Positions 16,996 to 25,815 of a DNA stretch of 64,000 bases are shown one piece after another (within the stretch, counting starts at the first letter, position 1; every line of letters begins with the position of its first letter). This DNA comes from Spirochaetota bacterium. Lineage in GTDB: Bacteria > Spirochaetota > Spirochaetia > Treponematales > UBA12059. The notes under the pieces are model-generated. The model did no database searches and was not told where the DNA came from. It saw nothing but the letters and a program-made list of their open reading frames with translations. The position numbers were made by a program, and so were the translations under genes. The stretch covers positions 72,764 through 136,763 of the forward strand of contig JANNSO010000119.1 of the NCBI GenBank assembly GCA_031402655.1. Direction: 5' to 3'.

Positions 16996-19542
16996 ATGAA
17001 GAAATGCTTGTTGGTTTTAATGATCTCTTTTCTTGCCCTGGGTTTTATATCCGCCCAGGACGATTCTGCCTGGTATGTTGGCAAGCAGATCAAGGAAATT
17101 CGCTTCGAGGGTTTGCAGACGATAGGACAAAAGGATATCGATCCGGTCGTCCGCGATTATAAAGCCCGCATTTTCAGCGAGGAGTTATGGGCGGAACTGC
17201 TGACGCGCGTATATGACCTTGGCTTTTTTGATGAAATCGTTCCCGAGGCCAAGCCAGGCGACAGTCTCAGGCAAAGCGTAATAATCGTCTTCAAGGTAAC
17301 GGAACGGCCGGCTGTCTCGCTGATTCGCATCGAGGGCAACAAGGGGCTTAGAACCAGCGAAATCCAGGATATCCTTACCCTTAAAATCGATACGATCTAT
17401 AAAGAAAACCTGGTCAGGCTGGACGAAATAGAAATACGCAAACTATATCTGGACAAGGGCTACCCTGAAATCACCGTTTCCTCCCGCGTCGAGGGGGATA
17501 ATGGCAAAATTACCGTAATCTTTGCCATCGATGAGGGAACCCGGATTACCTTGGATAAAATAGAATTTTCAGGAATTTCCGCGCTCTCGGCGTTTGCCCT
17601 CAAAAACGAAATGGAGCTCAAGGAAAGGGGCTTGTTTCAACAGGGAGCCTTCAGCGAGATAAAGCTCGAGACCGACAGGCAATCCATCGAATTGCTGTAT
17701 AAGACCAAAGGCTACATAAACGCGCAGGTCGCGGATGTAGGGAGGCAATTCGTAACGGAAGAAAAGACCGGGATTCGACGCCTATCGCTGCTTTTGACGA
17801 TTACGGAAGGGAAGCGCTACACATTCGACAGCGTTACCTTCAGCGGAAATAACGTTTTCTCGACAGAGACCCTTTCTTCGTTTTTTACCATGAAAAAGGG
17901 TACCATATTTAATTTCAAGCGCTTTATGGAGAACAAGGCGGCCCTCGACGACCTGTATTACGAAAACGGCTATATCTTCAACAAGATCGACCCCGTCGAA
18001 TCCCGCGACGAGGACCGCAACTCCGTATCATTTGTGATACAAATAGCCGAGCAGGAAAGAGCGCACATAGAAAACATAATAATCAGGGGCAATACAAAGA
18101 CGAAGGATAACGTCATCTATCGGGAGATTCCCCTGGAATCGGGCGATATTTTCTCCAAGACGAAGATAATAGAAAGTTTACGCAACCTATCCAATCTGCA
18201 GTATTTCAAGAATCCAATTACTCCCCAGTTGCTTCCAGGCAGCGAGAATCTGCTCATGGACCTGGTAATGAACGTCGAGGAACAAAGCACGGCCGATATC
18301 AACTTCGGCTTCTCCCTTGCCAACATCGGCGCAAAAACCAGCAATTTCCCCATAGTCGGCATGATCAAGTGGAACGACAAGAATTTCATGGGTAACGGCC
18401 AGAATTTCTCCATAGGCGCGAATGTTGCGTATGATTCCCAGGACCTTACCTTCGGCTTCAAGGAGAATTGGCTGCTCGGCAAGCGCTGGTTCGGCGGGGT
18501 GGACCTTACCTTCAAGCACGAAAGCCTCACCGCGATGCAGGATTCGGTAGGACCTACGTTCTCATTTACGAATCCCGCCCGCGTCCCGGATCCGTACAGC
18601 TCCCTGGAAGAATATGCGCTCGCGGGCTACAAAGTGCCTGAGGCATATCTCATGGACTACGAAACCCTGAGCATGAGCCTGGGATTCAGTTCCGGTTATA
18701 CATTCCTCACTCCAGCGGGCAACCTTACCCTTGCCGGCGGTTATCTGGCGGCGCTCAACCGGAAGACCTACGACGATAACCTGTTCAAGCCCTTCGACAA
18801 GACCATAGCCGATAATCTTAACAGGTGGCTAATTTCCAACGCTTTTTACGGCAAGGTCAGCCTCAACAATCTCGACCTTTCATACGATCCAAGCCTCGGC
18901 TATTATGCCAGCCAGCGTTTTACCATCAACGGTTTCGCTCCCAACGAGCTCAATCGCTACTTCCGCCTGGACAGCCGGCTGGATGGATACATTACCCTTA
19001 TCGACCATAAATTCGAAGATCTGCCCCTGCTGGAAACCTGGCCCCTCAAGATCGTCTTGGGTGTGCATACCGGCGCCAGTTTCCTCCTGCCCTGGTTTGC
19101 TGAAGATTCGGTTATCGCCAGCGCTACCAATATGCTTCGAATCGACGGAACTTTTATAGGCCGCGGATGGAGCGATCTTTCAACCTTCAGCGGCACTACA
19201 CTGTGGGAAAATTGGCTGGAACTGCGCATGCCCATCGTTCCCAACGTCATAGCCCTCGACGGATTCCTGGATGCGGCGGTCCTCGGCACCGATGCCGGTT
19301 TCCTTAACATAGCCGGCGTAGTTAATAAAACTTCCGTAATTGACCCGGGCACCGGACTGTCCTCCCTGGGATTATCCAATTTCGCCTTGAGCCTGGGCGG
19401 CGGAATCCGTTTCCTTATCCCGCAGTTTCCGTTCCGCATTTACATGGCAAAGCGTTTTTACGTAAACGAAGGTGGCGCGTTCGCGTGGGCAAACCCGGGC
19501 AAGGTAGATTTTGTGCTGAGCGTTTCCCAGCCGCTGAACTGA
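16996..19542 (+). CDS. bamA: outer-membrane protein assembly factor BamA
   Basis: Preferred start is MKKCLLVLMISFLALGFISAQDD with an AGGGAG SD (track ORF starts at 16924). Repeated POTRA-like modules (IKEIRFEGL, ISLIRIEGNKG, LDKIEFSGIS, FDSVTFSGNN, IENIIIRGNTKT) are followed by a beta-barrel. Confidence 0.9.
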   Translation: MKKCLLVLMISFLALGFISAQDDSAWYVGKQIKEIRFEGLQTIGQKDIDPVVRDYKARIFSEELWAELLTRVYDLGFFDEIVPEAKPGDSLRQSVIIVFKVTERPAVSLIRIEGNKGLRTSEIQDILTLKIDTIYKENLVRLDEIEIRKLYLDKGYPEITVSSRVEGDNGKITVIFAIDEGTRITLDKIEFSGISALSAFALKNEMELKERGLFQQGAFSEIKLETDRQSIELLYKTKGYINAQVADVGRQFVTEEKTGIRRLSLLLTITEGKRYTFDSVTFSGNNVFSTETLSSFFTMKKGTIFNFKRFMENKAALDDLYYENGYIFNKIDPVESRDEDRNSVSFVIQIAEQERAHIENIIIRGNTKTKDNVIYREIPLESGDIFSKTKIIESLRNLSNLQYFKNPITPQLLPGSENLLMDLVMNVEEQSTADINFGFSLANIGAKTSNFPIVGMIKWNDKNFMGNGQNFSIGANVAYDSQDLTFGFKENWLLGKRWFGGVDLTFKHESLTAMQDSVGPTFSFTNPARVPDPYSSLEEYALAGYKVPEAYLMDYETLSMSLGFSSGYTFLTPAGNLTLAGGYLAALNRKTYDDNLFKPFDKTIADNLNRWLISNAFYGKVSLNNLDLSYDPSLGYYASQRFTINGFAPNELNRYFRLDSRLDGYITLIDHKFEDLPLLETWPLKIVLGVHTGASFLLPWFAEDSVIASATNMLRIDGTFIGRGWSDLSTFSGTTLWENWLELRMPIVPNVIALDGFLDAAVLGTDAGFLNIAGVVNKTSVIDPGTGLSSLGLSNFALSLGGGIRFLIPQFPFRIYMAKRFYVNEGGAFAWANPGKVDFVLSVSQPLN

Positions 19543-19545
19543 TTT

Positions 19546-19588
19546 AGCAGGTTGTTGAAAAAGCTTGTGGCTTTTCCAACAACCTGCT
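19546..19588 (+). repeat. repeat family A, copy A2 (core hairpin only), terminator-like between bamA and skp
   Basis: AGCAGGTTGTTGAAAAAGC-TTGTG-GCTTTTCCAACAACCTGCT forms a 19-bp stem with one mismatch, followed by TTTCTTCT. It starts 4 nt after the bamA stop. Confidence 0.8.
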
Positions 19589-19657
19589 TTTCTTCTACAT
19601 TGGCGATGTCGCCCCTTTGGCGAATCGCACGCCAAGGCAACTTTTTGGAGGCAAGAA

Positions 19658-20197
19658 ATGAAAAAGCGGCTTACCATTACCCTGCTCTTTTTTGCGGGCT
19701 TATCGCTGATGGTTTTTTCCCAGCAAATTACCCGTGTCGCGGTAATCGACCTTCAAAAAGTTTATATGACGTATTACAAAGACTCCCAGGCGGTACGGAG
19801 TTTCGAGGAAGAAAAATTACGCGTTCAAAACGAAATCAAGCGCCTTGGCGAAGAAATTAAGGTGATGCAGGTAAAGCGCTTGGAAACTCAATCCGGCGGC
19901 GACATCGTTGCCCTTCAGGCGCTGGATGCCCAACTGCTCCGCAAAGCCCAATTTCTCCAGGATTACATCCGCATCAAGAAGGCCGAGCTTGACGACAAGG
20001 CAAAAGCCCTGTCCGAGACCAACGCTTTTATCCAGACTTTGTACCGAAAAATCCAATCGATGGCAGAAATGGACGGATACTCGCTCGTACTCAGCTCCAG
20101 AAACACCGACAGCGTAACAAGCGGCATTGTATGGTTCAGCCCCATGATCGATATTACCGACAAAGTCATTCAGGCGCTTTTGGTAGCTCCGCAGTAG
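19658..20197 (+). CDS. skp: OmpH/Skp-family periplasmic chaperone
   Basis: Preferred start is MKKRLTITLLFFAGLSLMVFSQQ with a GGAGG SD (track ORF starts at 19565). The body is coiled-coil rich and the gene sits downstream of bamA. Confidence 0.8.
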   Translation: MKKRLTITLLFFAGLSLMVFSQQITRVAVIDLQKVYMTYYKDSQAVRSFEEEKLRVQNEIKRLGEEIKVMQVKRLETQSGGDIVALQALDAQLLRKAQFLQDYIRIKKAELDDKAKALSETNAFIQTLYRKIQSMAEMDGYSLVLSSRNTDSVTSGIVWFSPMIDITDKVIQALLVAPQ

Positions 20198-20266
20198 GGA
20201 AAGGCCAGCCGCAGCGGCGGCTCCTTCCCGTTGACCGTTTCCTTTTCAGCGCATACAATTGTCTCC

Positions 20267-22276
20267 ATGACAAAGGAAACGACACCAGCGCGGGCGATGC
20301 GCATAGCGGAACTGGAACAATTGATTCCGTATCACCAGGATTTATACTATAATGGAGATTCCGTAATAAGCGATGCGCAGTTCGATGCCCTGTGGGACGA
20401 GCTAAAAGCGCTGTCTCCGGCCAGTCCGGTGCTCAAGGCAATAGGCAAGGATAGCAGCTCGCGCGGAGCTGTGCCGGACGGATTTCCCAAAGCCAGACAC
20501 GTGCTTCCCATGGGCAGCCAGGAAAAGGCGGCAGACCCCGAGGAATTTTTGGCTTGGTGCATCAAAATAAACCATCCTTTATATATTATAGAAGACAAGA
20601 TGGATGGCGCCAGCATCGAACTGCAATACGAAGCTGGTTTGCTCGCCAGGGCGATAACGCGGGGCGACGGGGTTATTGGGGACGATATTACGCCCAACGT
20701 TCGCAAGATGCGCGGAGTTCCGCCGAATCTAAACCTGCCTTGGGACGGAGCCGTGCGCGGCGAAGTGCTTATGTCCAGGGAAGTGCACCGTAAGCATTTT
20801 GCGGATAAAGCCAATTGCCGCAATGCCGCCAACGGCCTCATGAAACGCAAGGACGGCGTCGGCGTAGAACATCTGCAGGTACTGTGTTATGACGCCGCTC
20901 CGCGCGGCCTGTACGACGGCGAGCAGGGCAGCCTGTTCGCGCACGAGGCGCAGCCTCCCTTCAATGATGAATTGGCTAAAATCGAATGGCTGCGAAAAGC
21001 CGGATTCGATGTCGTGCGGGTCCAGAGTTTTAAGGAGCCGTATCAAGTCATAGACTACCGGGCCCGCGTCATGGCCGAGCGCGGCTCATACCCTTACGAC
21101 ATCGACGGACTCGTAGTAAAAGGCCAGGCTGTCGACCCCGACGATATGCGGCGCGCCAGACCAGAGAAGCAGGTCGCCTTTAAATTCGCCCTTGAAGAAG
21201 CGCTTACCACGCTTGTGGACGTGGAGTGGAGCGAGTCGGGCGCAACGTTTACTCCCATAGGCGTCGTGGAACCGGTTCGCCTCGCGGGAACCACGGTCAA
21301 GCGCGCCAATCTTTGCAACACCAATACCATAAACGGCATGGGATTAAAACTAGGGTCACGGGTGATTATCGTGAAACGCGGGGAAATTATTCCCAAAATC
21401 GAAGGCGTGGTGGATAATCCCCCTGGAGCACGGGACATACCGGTTCCCCGTAACTGTTCCTGCGGTTCCGCCCTGGTGGACGAGGGGACTCGCCTTTTGT
21501 GCCCAAACGCCTCCTGCCCCAAGAAAATATTGCACCGCATCGAGAAATGGCTTTCCGTCCTGGATGTGCGGGATTTCGGCGGCGTCATCGTGGGTAAGCT
21601 TTGCGCGTCGGGTAGGGTAAAGGGTATTGCCGATCTTTATTCACTTACCGTGGATGAGCTTAGCTCGTTCGACCGCATGGGCGGGACGCTTGCGATAAAA
21701 ATATTGCAGAATCTTCATGCCAGGTCGGAATTGACCCTCGCTGATTTTCTTGCGGGTTTCGACATAGAAGGCATAGGCAAGGCTCTCGCCGAAAAGGCGG
21801 TGCTCGCCGGCTATGACAGTCTGGAGAAATTAAAGACGGCCGCTGTCGAGTCCCTGGCGACCATAGACGGCTTCGGCGAAATCAATGCCGGCGTTCTTGC
21901 AGGCGGGCTGGCGCTTCTTGGCTCCGACATGGATGCGGTCCTTAAAACGGAAGCGGTTTCCATACGTCAGGCGACCGTGGCGGAGGGTCCGCTTGCCGGC
22001 CTTTCTTTCTGCTTTACCGGGGAGTTGTCCGCCATGAAGCGTTCGCGCGCCGAGGCTCTGGTCAAGTCGCTGGGCGGACAGGCGCGCGCCTCGGTCGTAA
22101 AAGGCCTGTCGTACCTGGTAAGCAATGAACCGCAGTCCGGTTCCGCAAAAAACAAAAGCGCCATTAAGCTGGGCGTTCCGATAATCGGCGAGCAGGAATT
22201 CCTGGCGATGTTACAAAAGGAGACCTCTGAAAACTTCAGTTTTGAGAGGTCTACCATTAAAAAGGATGCATCATGA
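20267..22276 (+). CDS. ligA: NAD-dependent DNA ligase LigA
   Basis: The LigA N-terminus IAELEQLIPYHQDLYYNGDSVISDAQFDALWDELKAL follows a start at MTKETTP (20267). The adenylation motif KMDG, a Cys4 zinc finger (CSCGS...CPNASCP), HhH repeats and a BRCT domain (LSFCFTGEL) are present. Confidence 0.95.
   Translation: MTKETTPARAMRIAELEQLIPYHQDLYYNGDSVISDAQFDALWDELKALSPASPVLKAIGKDSSSRGAVPDGFPKARHVLPMGSQEKAADPEEFLAWCIKINHPLYIIEDKMDGASIELQYEAGLLARAITRGDGVIGDDITPNVRKMRGVPPNLNLPWDGAVRGEVLMSREVHRKHFADKANCRNAANGLMKRKDGVGVEHLQVLCYDAAPRGLYDGEQGSLFAHEAQPPFNDELAKIEWLRKAGFDVVRVQSFKEPYQVIDYRARVMAERGSYPYDIDGLVVKGQAVDPDDMRRARPEKQVAFKFALEEALTTLVDVEWSESGATFTPIGVVEPVRLAGTTVKRANLCNTNTINGMGLKLGSRVIIVKRGEIIPKIEGVVDNPPGARDIPVPRNCSCGSALVDEGTRLLCPNASCPKKILHRIEKWLSVLDVRDFGGVIVGKLCASGRVKGIADLYSLTVDELSSFDRMGGTLAIKILQNLHARSELTLADFLAGFDIEGIGKALAEKAVLAGYDSLEKLKTAAVESLATIDGFGEINAGVLAGGLALLGSDMDAVLKTEAVSIRQATVAEGPLAGLSFCFTGELSAMKRSRAEALVKSLGGQARASVVKGLSYLVSNEPQSGSAKNKSAIKLGVPIIGEQEFLAMLQKETSENFSFERSTIKKDAS
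22219..22265 (+). repeat. repeat family B, copy B2 (first hairpin only), inside the ligA 3' end
   Basis: AGACCTCTGAAAACT-TC-AGTTTTGAGAGGTCT followed by ACCATTAAAAAGG. It aligns with the first 48 nt or so of B1 and B4. Confidence 0.8.
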
Positions 22277-22884
22277 AATTTGTTTTCTTGAAAATACTTC
22301 TGGCGATTTTTCTTGTAGGAGCCTTGTTCTCCGGTTTGCTTTTCGGCTTCAAGTATATGCAGGAGCGGAAACTCCACGATCTTGAATCGGGTATCGAAGC
22401 GCTTCAGTCGGAGACTGTGCCGCTGCGTTTCATGGTGCTTTCCCGCGATGCCGAATCCGTAAGCGTGCGCGTTCGGCTTTATGACCTCGCGGGAACGGAA
22501 ATCGGTTTCATGGAGACGAATCTTCCAGGTCGACAGGTTTTCTTCGATTTTATCGCTGCGCCCTACAAACAGATCTGGCTTGCTTTTCCTTACAGGATTT
22601 TTACCGAAAGGGTTCCTCCCGCCGACGGCGTGGATCTTTCGATACTTGTGGCGCCCGAAGGTATTCCCCTGACCTACCGCAATGGCTCGCTCAATGCCGA
22701 TGCGCTCAAGAAACTGGGGGAATTGCATGCTTCAATTCTGCGGGGCGATTCCCCGAAGGGCTCTTTCGGCAACGCCGTCCATGACGTAGCCGAGCTGGGG
22801 ACTTTTTCTCTGGAGACCGTGTACAAGATAGTCATACGCGCCAAAGGCGGCATGGAAATACTGGAGGACGAAGATGGAAACTGA
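22273..22884 (+). CDS. membrane-anchored hypothetical protein, paralogue 1
   Basis: 203 aa. ATGA overlap with the ligA stop. N-terminal TM segment. Shares motifs with the next ORF (see findings). Confidence 0.6.
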   Translation: MKFVFLKILLAIFLVGALFSGLLFGFKYMQERKLHDLESGIEALQSETVPLRFMVLSRDAESVSVRVRLYDLAGTEIGFMETNLPGRQVFFDFIAAPYKQIWLAFPYRIFTERVPPADGVDLSILVAPEGIPLTYRNGSLNADALKKLGELHASILRGDSPKGSFGNAVHDVAELGTFSLETVYKIVIRAKGGMEILEDEDGN

Positions 22885-23779
22885 AATAGTTAAGAAAATA
22901 TTATTCGCCTACGCGGATATCGTTCGCTTTCTGCTTGCTACCAAGGCGGGAGTCATCGTCCTCCTGGTGCTGGCGGCCGGCTTTTTTCTCTTTCGCGTAT
23001 GGAGCGCCGCCCGAGCGCGCTCCCTTGCCTGCGAGGCGGCGGATACGAAAATGTCCACCGGGGAAGCATTGGCTCTGCTGGCCAAGGAATTGTACGATAC
23101 GGTACTGGGTGCGATCGCGGCCCTCCCCGCGATCGTAGCGGTCGTGGCGGTTTCAGGTACTTTGTACGCAGTGTCCGATTCCCTGAAATCCATCGACGGG
23201 ATGCGCCTGAACGCCGCCAGGATCAATGAGCTGTCCGTCGTCGTCCGCAACCTGGAGAAGCGCCAGAAAGTCGCTGATGTTTTAATCACATCGGTGGAGG
23301 GCGACATTAGCTCCATGAAGCTTACCTACTTCGACGCCTCGTCGGGCCAAAAAAGCGTATCCGAGCAAAGTGTCAGCGTTAAGGGAACGGACATATATTT
23401 CGACGCCATCGTCTGCAATTTCGACTATACGGAAATTGCCTCCGGCCGCAAGGTAAATCTGGCAATCCCTTATAGGGTTTTTTCCGACCAAACATCTCAG
23501 GCCAACGGTGCGCTCCTGGCTCTTCGCGACTCCAAAGGGGTACCGTTCATGTATTCCCGCGAACCTGGCGATATTTACGGTATTGCGCCCGAGGCATACG
23601 CTGTGCGGCTAGCCGAACTGCTTGCCGTGCTTAACGACGAAGAGAAGGCCAGGGCTGAAGGTATCGTGCGAAGCATCTATGGCAGCGCCGTACACCGCCG
23701 CGTCAAAACCGGAGACCGGTTTTCCATCTGGGTCGAACAGAGCGGCGGCATCGTCATCAAGAATGCGCGGGAGTTTTAA
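22874..23779 (+). CDS. membrane-anchored hypothetical protein, paralogue 2
   Basis: 301 aa. Overlaps the previous ORF by 11 nt. It has two hydrophobic segments and a C-terminal domain related to paralogue 1. Confidence 0.6.
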   Translation: METEIVKKILFAYADIVRFLLATKAGVIVLLVLAAGFFLFRVWSAARARSLACEAADTKMSTGEALALLAKELYDTVLGAIAALPAIVAVVAVSGTLYAVSDSLKSIDGMRLNAARINELSVVVRNLEKRQKVADVLITSVEGDISSMKLTYFDASSGQKSVSEQSVSVKGTDIYFDAIVCNFDYTEIASGRKVNLAIPYRVFSDQTSQANGALLALRDSKGVPFMYSREPGDIYGIAPEAYAVRLAELLAVLNDEEKARAEGIVRSIYGSAVHRRVKTGDRFSIWVEQSGGIVIKNAREF

Positions 23780-23784
23780 CGCTT

Positions 23785-24111
23785 ATGAAACTGGAAATCC
23801 GACACAGCGGAAACAATATAATAGTTCCGGTAAAAGTAATCCCGGGCATGCAGGTTTCGCTCTTCGCCGGCGTCCGTGCGGGGGAGTTGCTCTTTAAATT
23901 GGCGGCCCCGCCGGAACAAGGCAAGGCTAACGCGGAGCTGGAACGGTTTTTTTCAAAACTTCTTGGAATTTCCCGTTCTGCCATAAGCATCGTCAGCGGA
24001 GGAGCCTCGCGGCACAAAAACGTTTCGCTCCCCCTGAAAGCCCTGGCTGCGATCGAACGACTCGCGGCTACCGAAATAATCGACGACAGCGATATCGAAA
24101 GCACAAAGTAA
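23785..24111 (+). CDS. DUF167 (YggU-like) family protein
   Basis: 108 aa. The pattern KVIPGMQVS...LLFKLAAPPEQGKANAEL..FFSKLLGISRSAISIVSGGASRHKNV matches the YggU/DUF167 family as I recall it. Confidence 0.75.
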   Translation: MKLEIRHSGNNIIVPVKVIPGMQVSLFAGVRAGELLFKLAAPPEQGKANAELERFFSKLLGISRSAISIVSGGASRHKNVSLPLKALAAIERLAATEIIDDSDIESTK

Positions 24112-24120
24112 AGGGAAGCC

Positions 24121-24236
24121 CTCAACAGGCTGTTGAAAAAGCTTGTGGCTTTTCCAACAACCTTAAACATTCCTCGCATTTGATTACAAATGCTACGGTA
24201 ATGTTACGTTTTGGAAGTGTTGAAAATCCTCATCCG
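24121..24236 (+). repeat. repeat family A, copy A3 (about 115 nt)
   Basis: Reverse complement is near-identical to 9023..9138. It begins 10 nt after the DUF167 stop. Confidence 0.85.
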
Positions 24237-24271
24237 AGGTTTTTCAACATCCTGTTAAATATATTTTTCTC

Positions 24272-24302
24272 TTGACTCTCCCCTTGCAGGAGCCTTGATA
24301 CT
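24272..24302 (+). promoter_or_regulatory. candidate MerR-type promoter with a 19-nt spacer
   Basis: TTGACT (24272..24277), a 19-nt spacer, then GATACT (24297..24302), upstream of the MerR-family gene. Over-long spacers are characteristic of MerR-controlled promoters. Confidence 0.4.
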
Positions 24303-24330
24303 AAGGGGGAGAGGAGGAGCGTACGAAATA

Positions 24331-25131
24331 ATGGAATACAGCATAGGGGAATTCTCGCAGATAGCGAAGCTTACGGTCAAGGCTTTGCGATTTTATCAGG
24401 AAGAAGGCATTCTCCAACCCGCGCGGATCGACGCGTTTACCGGCTACCGCTATTACCGCGAGGATCAGTTCGAAAAAGCCGCCATGATACGCATCTTGCG
24501 GCAATGGGATTTCTCCCTTGATGAGCTGCGGGAAACTATGGTCGGGGTAAGTTGCGATGAGGAGTTGAAACCGTTTCTGGAAAAAAAGCTGAAACAGACG
24601 CGGGAATCCATGGCTGACCTTGGATTGCGCTCTGAAGCGATGGAATCGGCATTGCGTTCTTTTAAGGAGGAAAGCATGGGCAAATCAGGTGAAATTTTTA
24701 TCAAGGAAATCGGGGCGCTGCGGGTTGCCTCACGGAGACATAGCGGAAGGTATTCGGATTACGGAATGGTAATTTCCTCTCTTTACAAAGTATTCGGACG
24801 CTGGGCGGATGGCAGGCCCATTGCGCTCTATTACGACGGCGAGTACAAGGAGGAAGGCGCAGATTTTGAACCCGCCATTCCTGTGAGAAAGGAGGCGACA
24901 GGTCCGGAAGTCAGGGACTTGGCCCCCTGCAAAGTTATTTCGGTAGTGCATCAGGGAGCCTACGATACCCTGTCCGCTTCGTATAAACTGCTTACCGATT
25001 ACGCCGCCAAGAACGGGTACAGGGTACTGCGTCCTACCCGCGAGGTTTATCTTAAGGGACCGGGGATGTTCTTCAGGGGCAACCCGGCGCGCTACCTGAC
25101 GGAAATCCAGTTTCCGGTGGAGGGCGCATGA
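24331..25131 (+). CDS. MerR-family regulator with a C-terminal GyrI-like effector domain (BmrR-like architecture)
   Basis: Preferred start is MEYSIGEFSQIAKLTVKALRFYQEEGIL with an AGGAGG SD. A MerR HTH and coiled coil are followed by a GyrI-like domain. Confidence 0.85.
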   Translation: MEYSIGEFSQIAKLTVKALRFYQEEGILQPARIDAFTGYRYYREDQFEKAAMIRILRQWDFSLDELRETMVGVSCDEELKPFLEKKLKQTRESMADLGLRSEAMESALRSFKEESMGKSGEIFIKEIGALRVASRRHSGRYSDYGMVISSLYKVFGRWADGRPIALYYDGEYKEEGADFEPAIPVRKEATGPEVRDLAPCKVISVVHQGAYDTLSASYKLLTDYAAKNGYRVLRPTREVYLKGPGMFFRGNPARYLTEIQFPVEGA

Positions 25132-25754
25132 AGAGCGAATGGAAAAAGAACGCCAGGGAGATTTATTTACCCAAGGAGGAGCCTTCCGTAATTACGCTTC
25201 CCGAGTTCGGTTTTTTCGCCATTGACGGACGTGGAAACCCCAACGGGCAAGGTTTCGGCGTTCTTGTCGAAACCCTGTACTCGCTTTCCTATGCTATAAA
25301 AATGTCACCGAAATCGGGGAATGCGCCTGAAGGATATGGCGATTATGCCGTTTTTCCGCTGGAAGGATTTTGGGACATAAGCGAAGAAGCGAAGGAAAAT
25401 TTCAGTGTGCTCGACAAGGACTCGCTGGTTTACACGATCATGATACGGCAGCCCGAATTCGTCAATGCCGGATACGCTGCGGATATTCTCTCTGCGGTAA
25501 AAAAGAAAAAGCCGCAGCTTCCCGTGGAATCGGCGCGATTCGAGAGGCTCACGGAAAGCGCGTGCGTCCAGATGATGCATGTCGGGACTTTCGAAACCGA
25601 GCCTGCCAGTTTTGCGTGCATGGAAGCCTTTGCCATCCGGCAGGGCCTGAAGCGCGTCTCCAAAAAGCATCATGAGATTTACATTTCCGACCCGCGCCGC
25701 ACTGCCCCAGAAAAAATGAAGACAGTCCTCCGTTTTCAGGTGACAGGTGCCTGA
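25128..25754 (+). CDS. stand-alone GyrI-like small-molecule-binding domain protein
   Basis: 208 aa. ATGA overlap with the MerR gene. It shows a duplicated beta-alpha-beta-beta pattern (FFAIDGRGNPN ... MMHVGTFETEP). Confidence 0.7.
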   Translation: MKSEWKKNAREIYLPKEEPSVITLPEFGFFAIDGRGNPNGQGFGVLVETLYSLSYAIKMSPKSGNAPEGYGDYAVFPLEGFWDISEEAKENFSVLDKDSLVYTIMIRQPEFVNAGYAADILSAVKKKKPQLPVESARFERLTESACVQMMHVGTFETEPASFACMEAFAIRQGLKRVSKKHHEIYISDPRRTAPEKMKTVLRFQVTGA

Positions 25755-25815
25755 GTGGCAGGTGTCTGAGCTTGCTCCTCCGCGGCATTGTGGGGTACCA
25801 TGATCGCCAATCCCG

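Noticed and set aside
9023-24236. Inverted A1/A3 repeats as the ends of a composite transposon or genomic island.
   Set aside because: There is no transposase, integrase or cargo-like gene between them. The content is essential housekeeping (bamA, ligA, tmk), and the repeats belong to a dispersed family.
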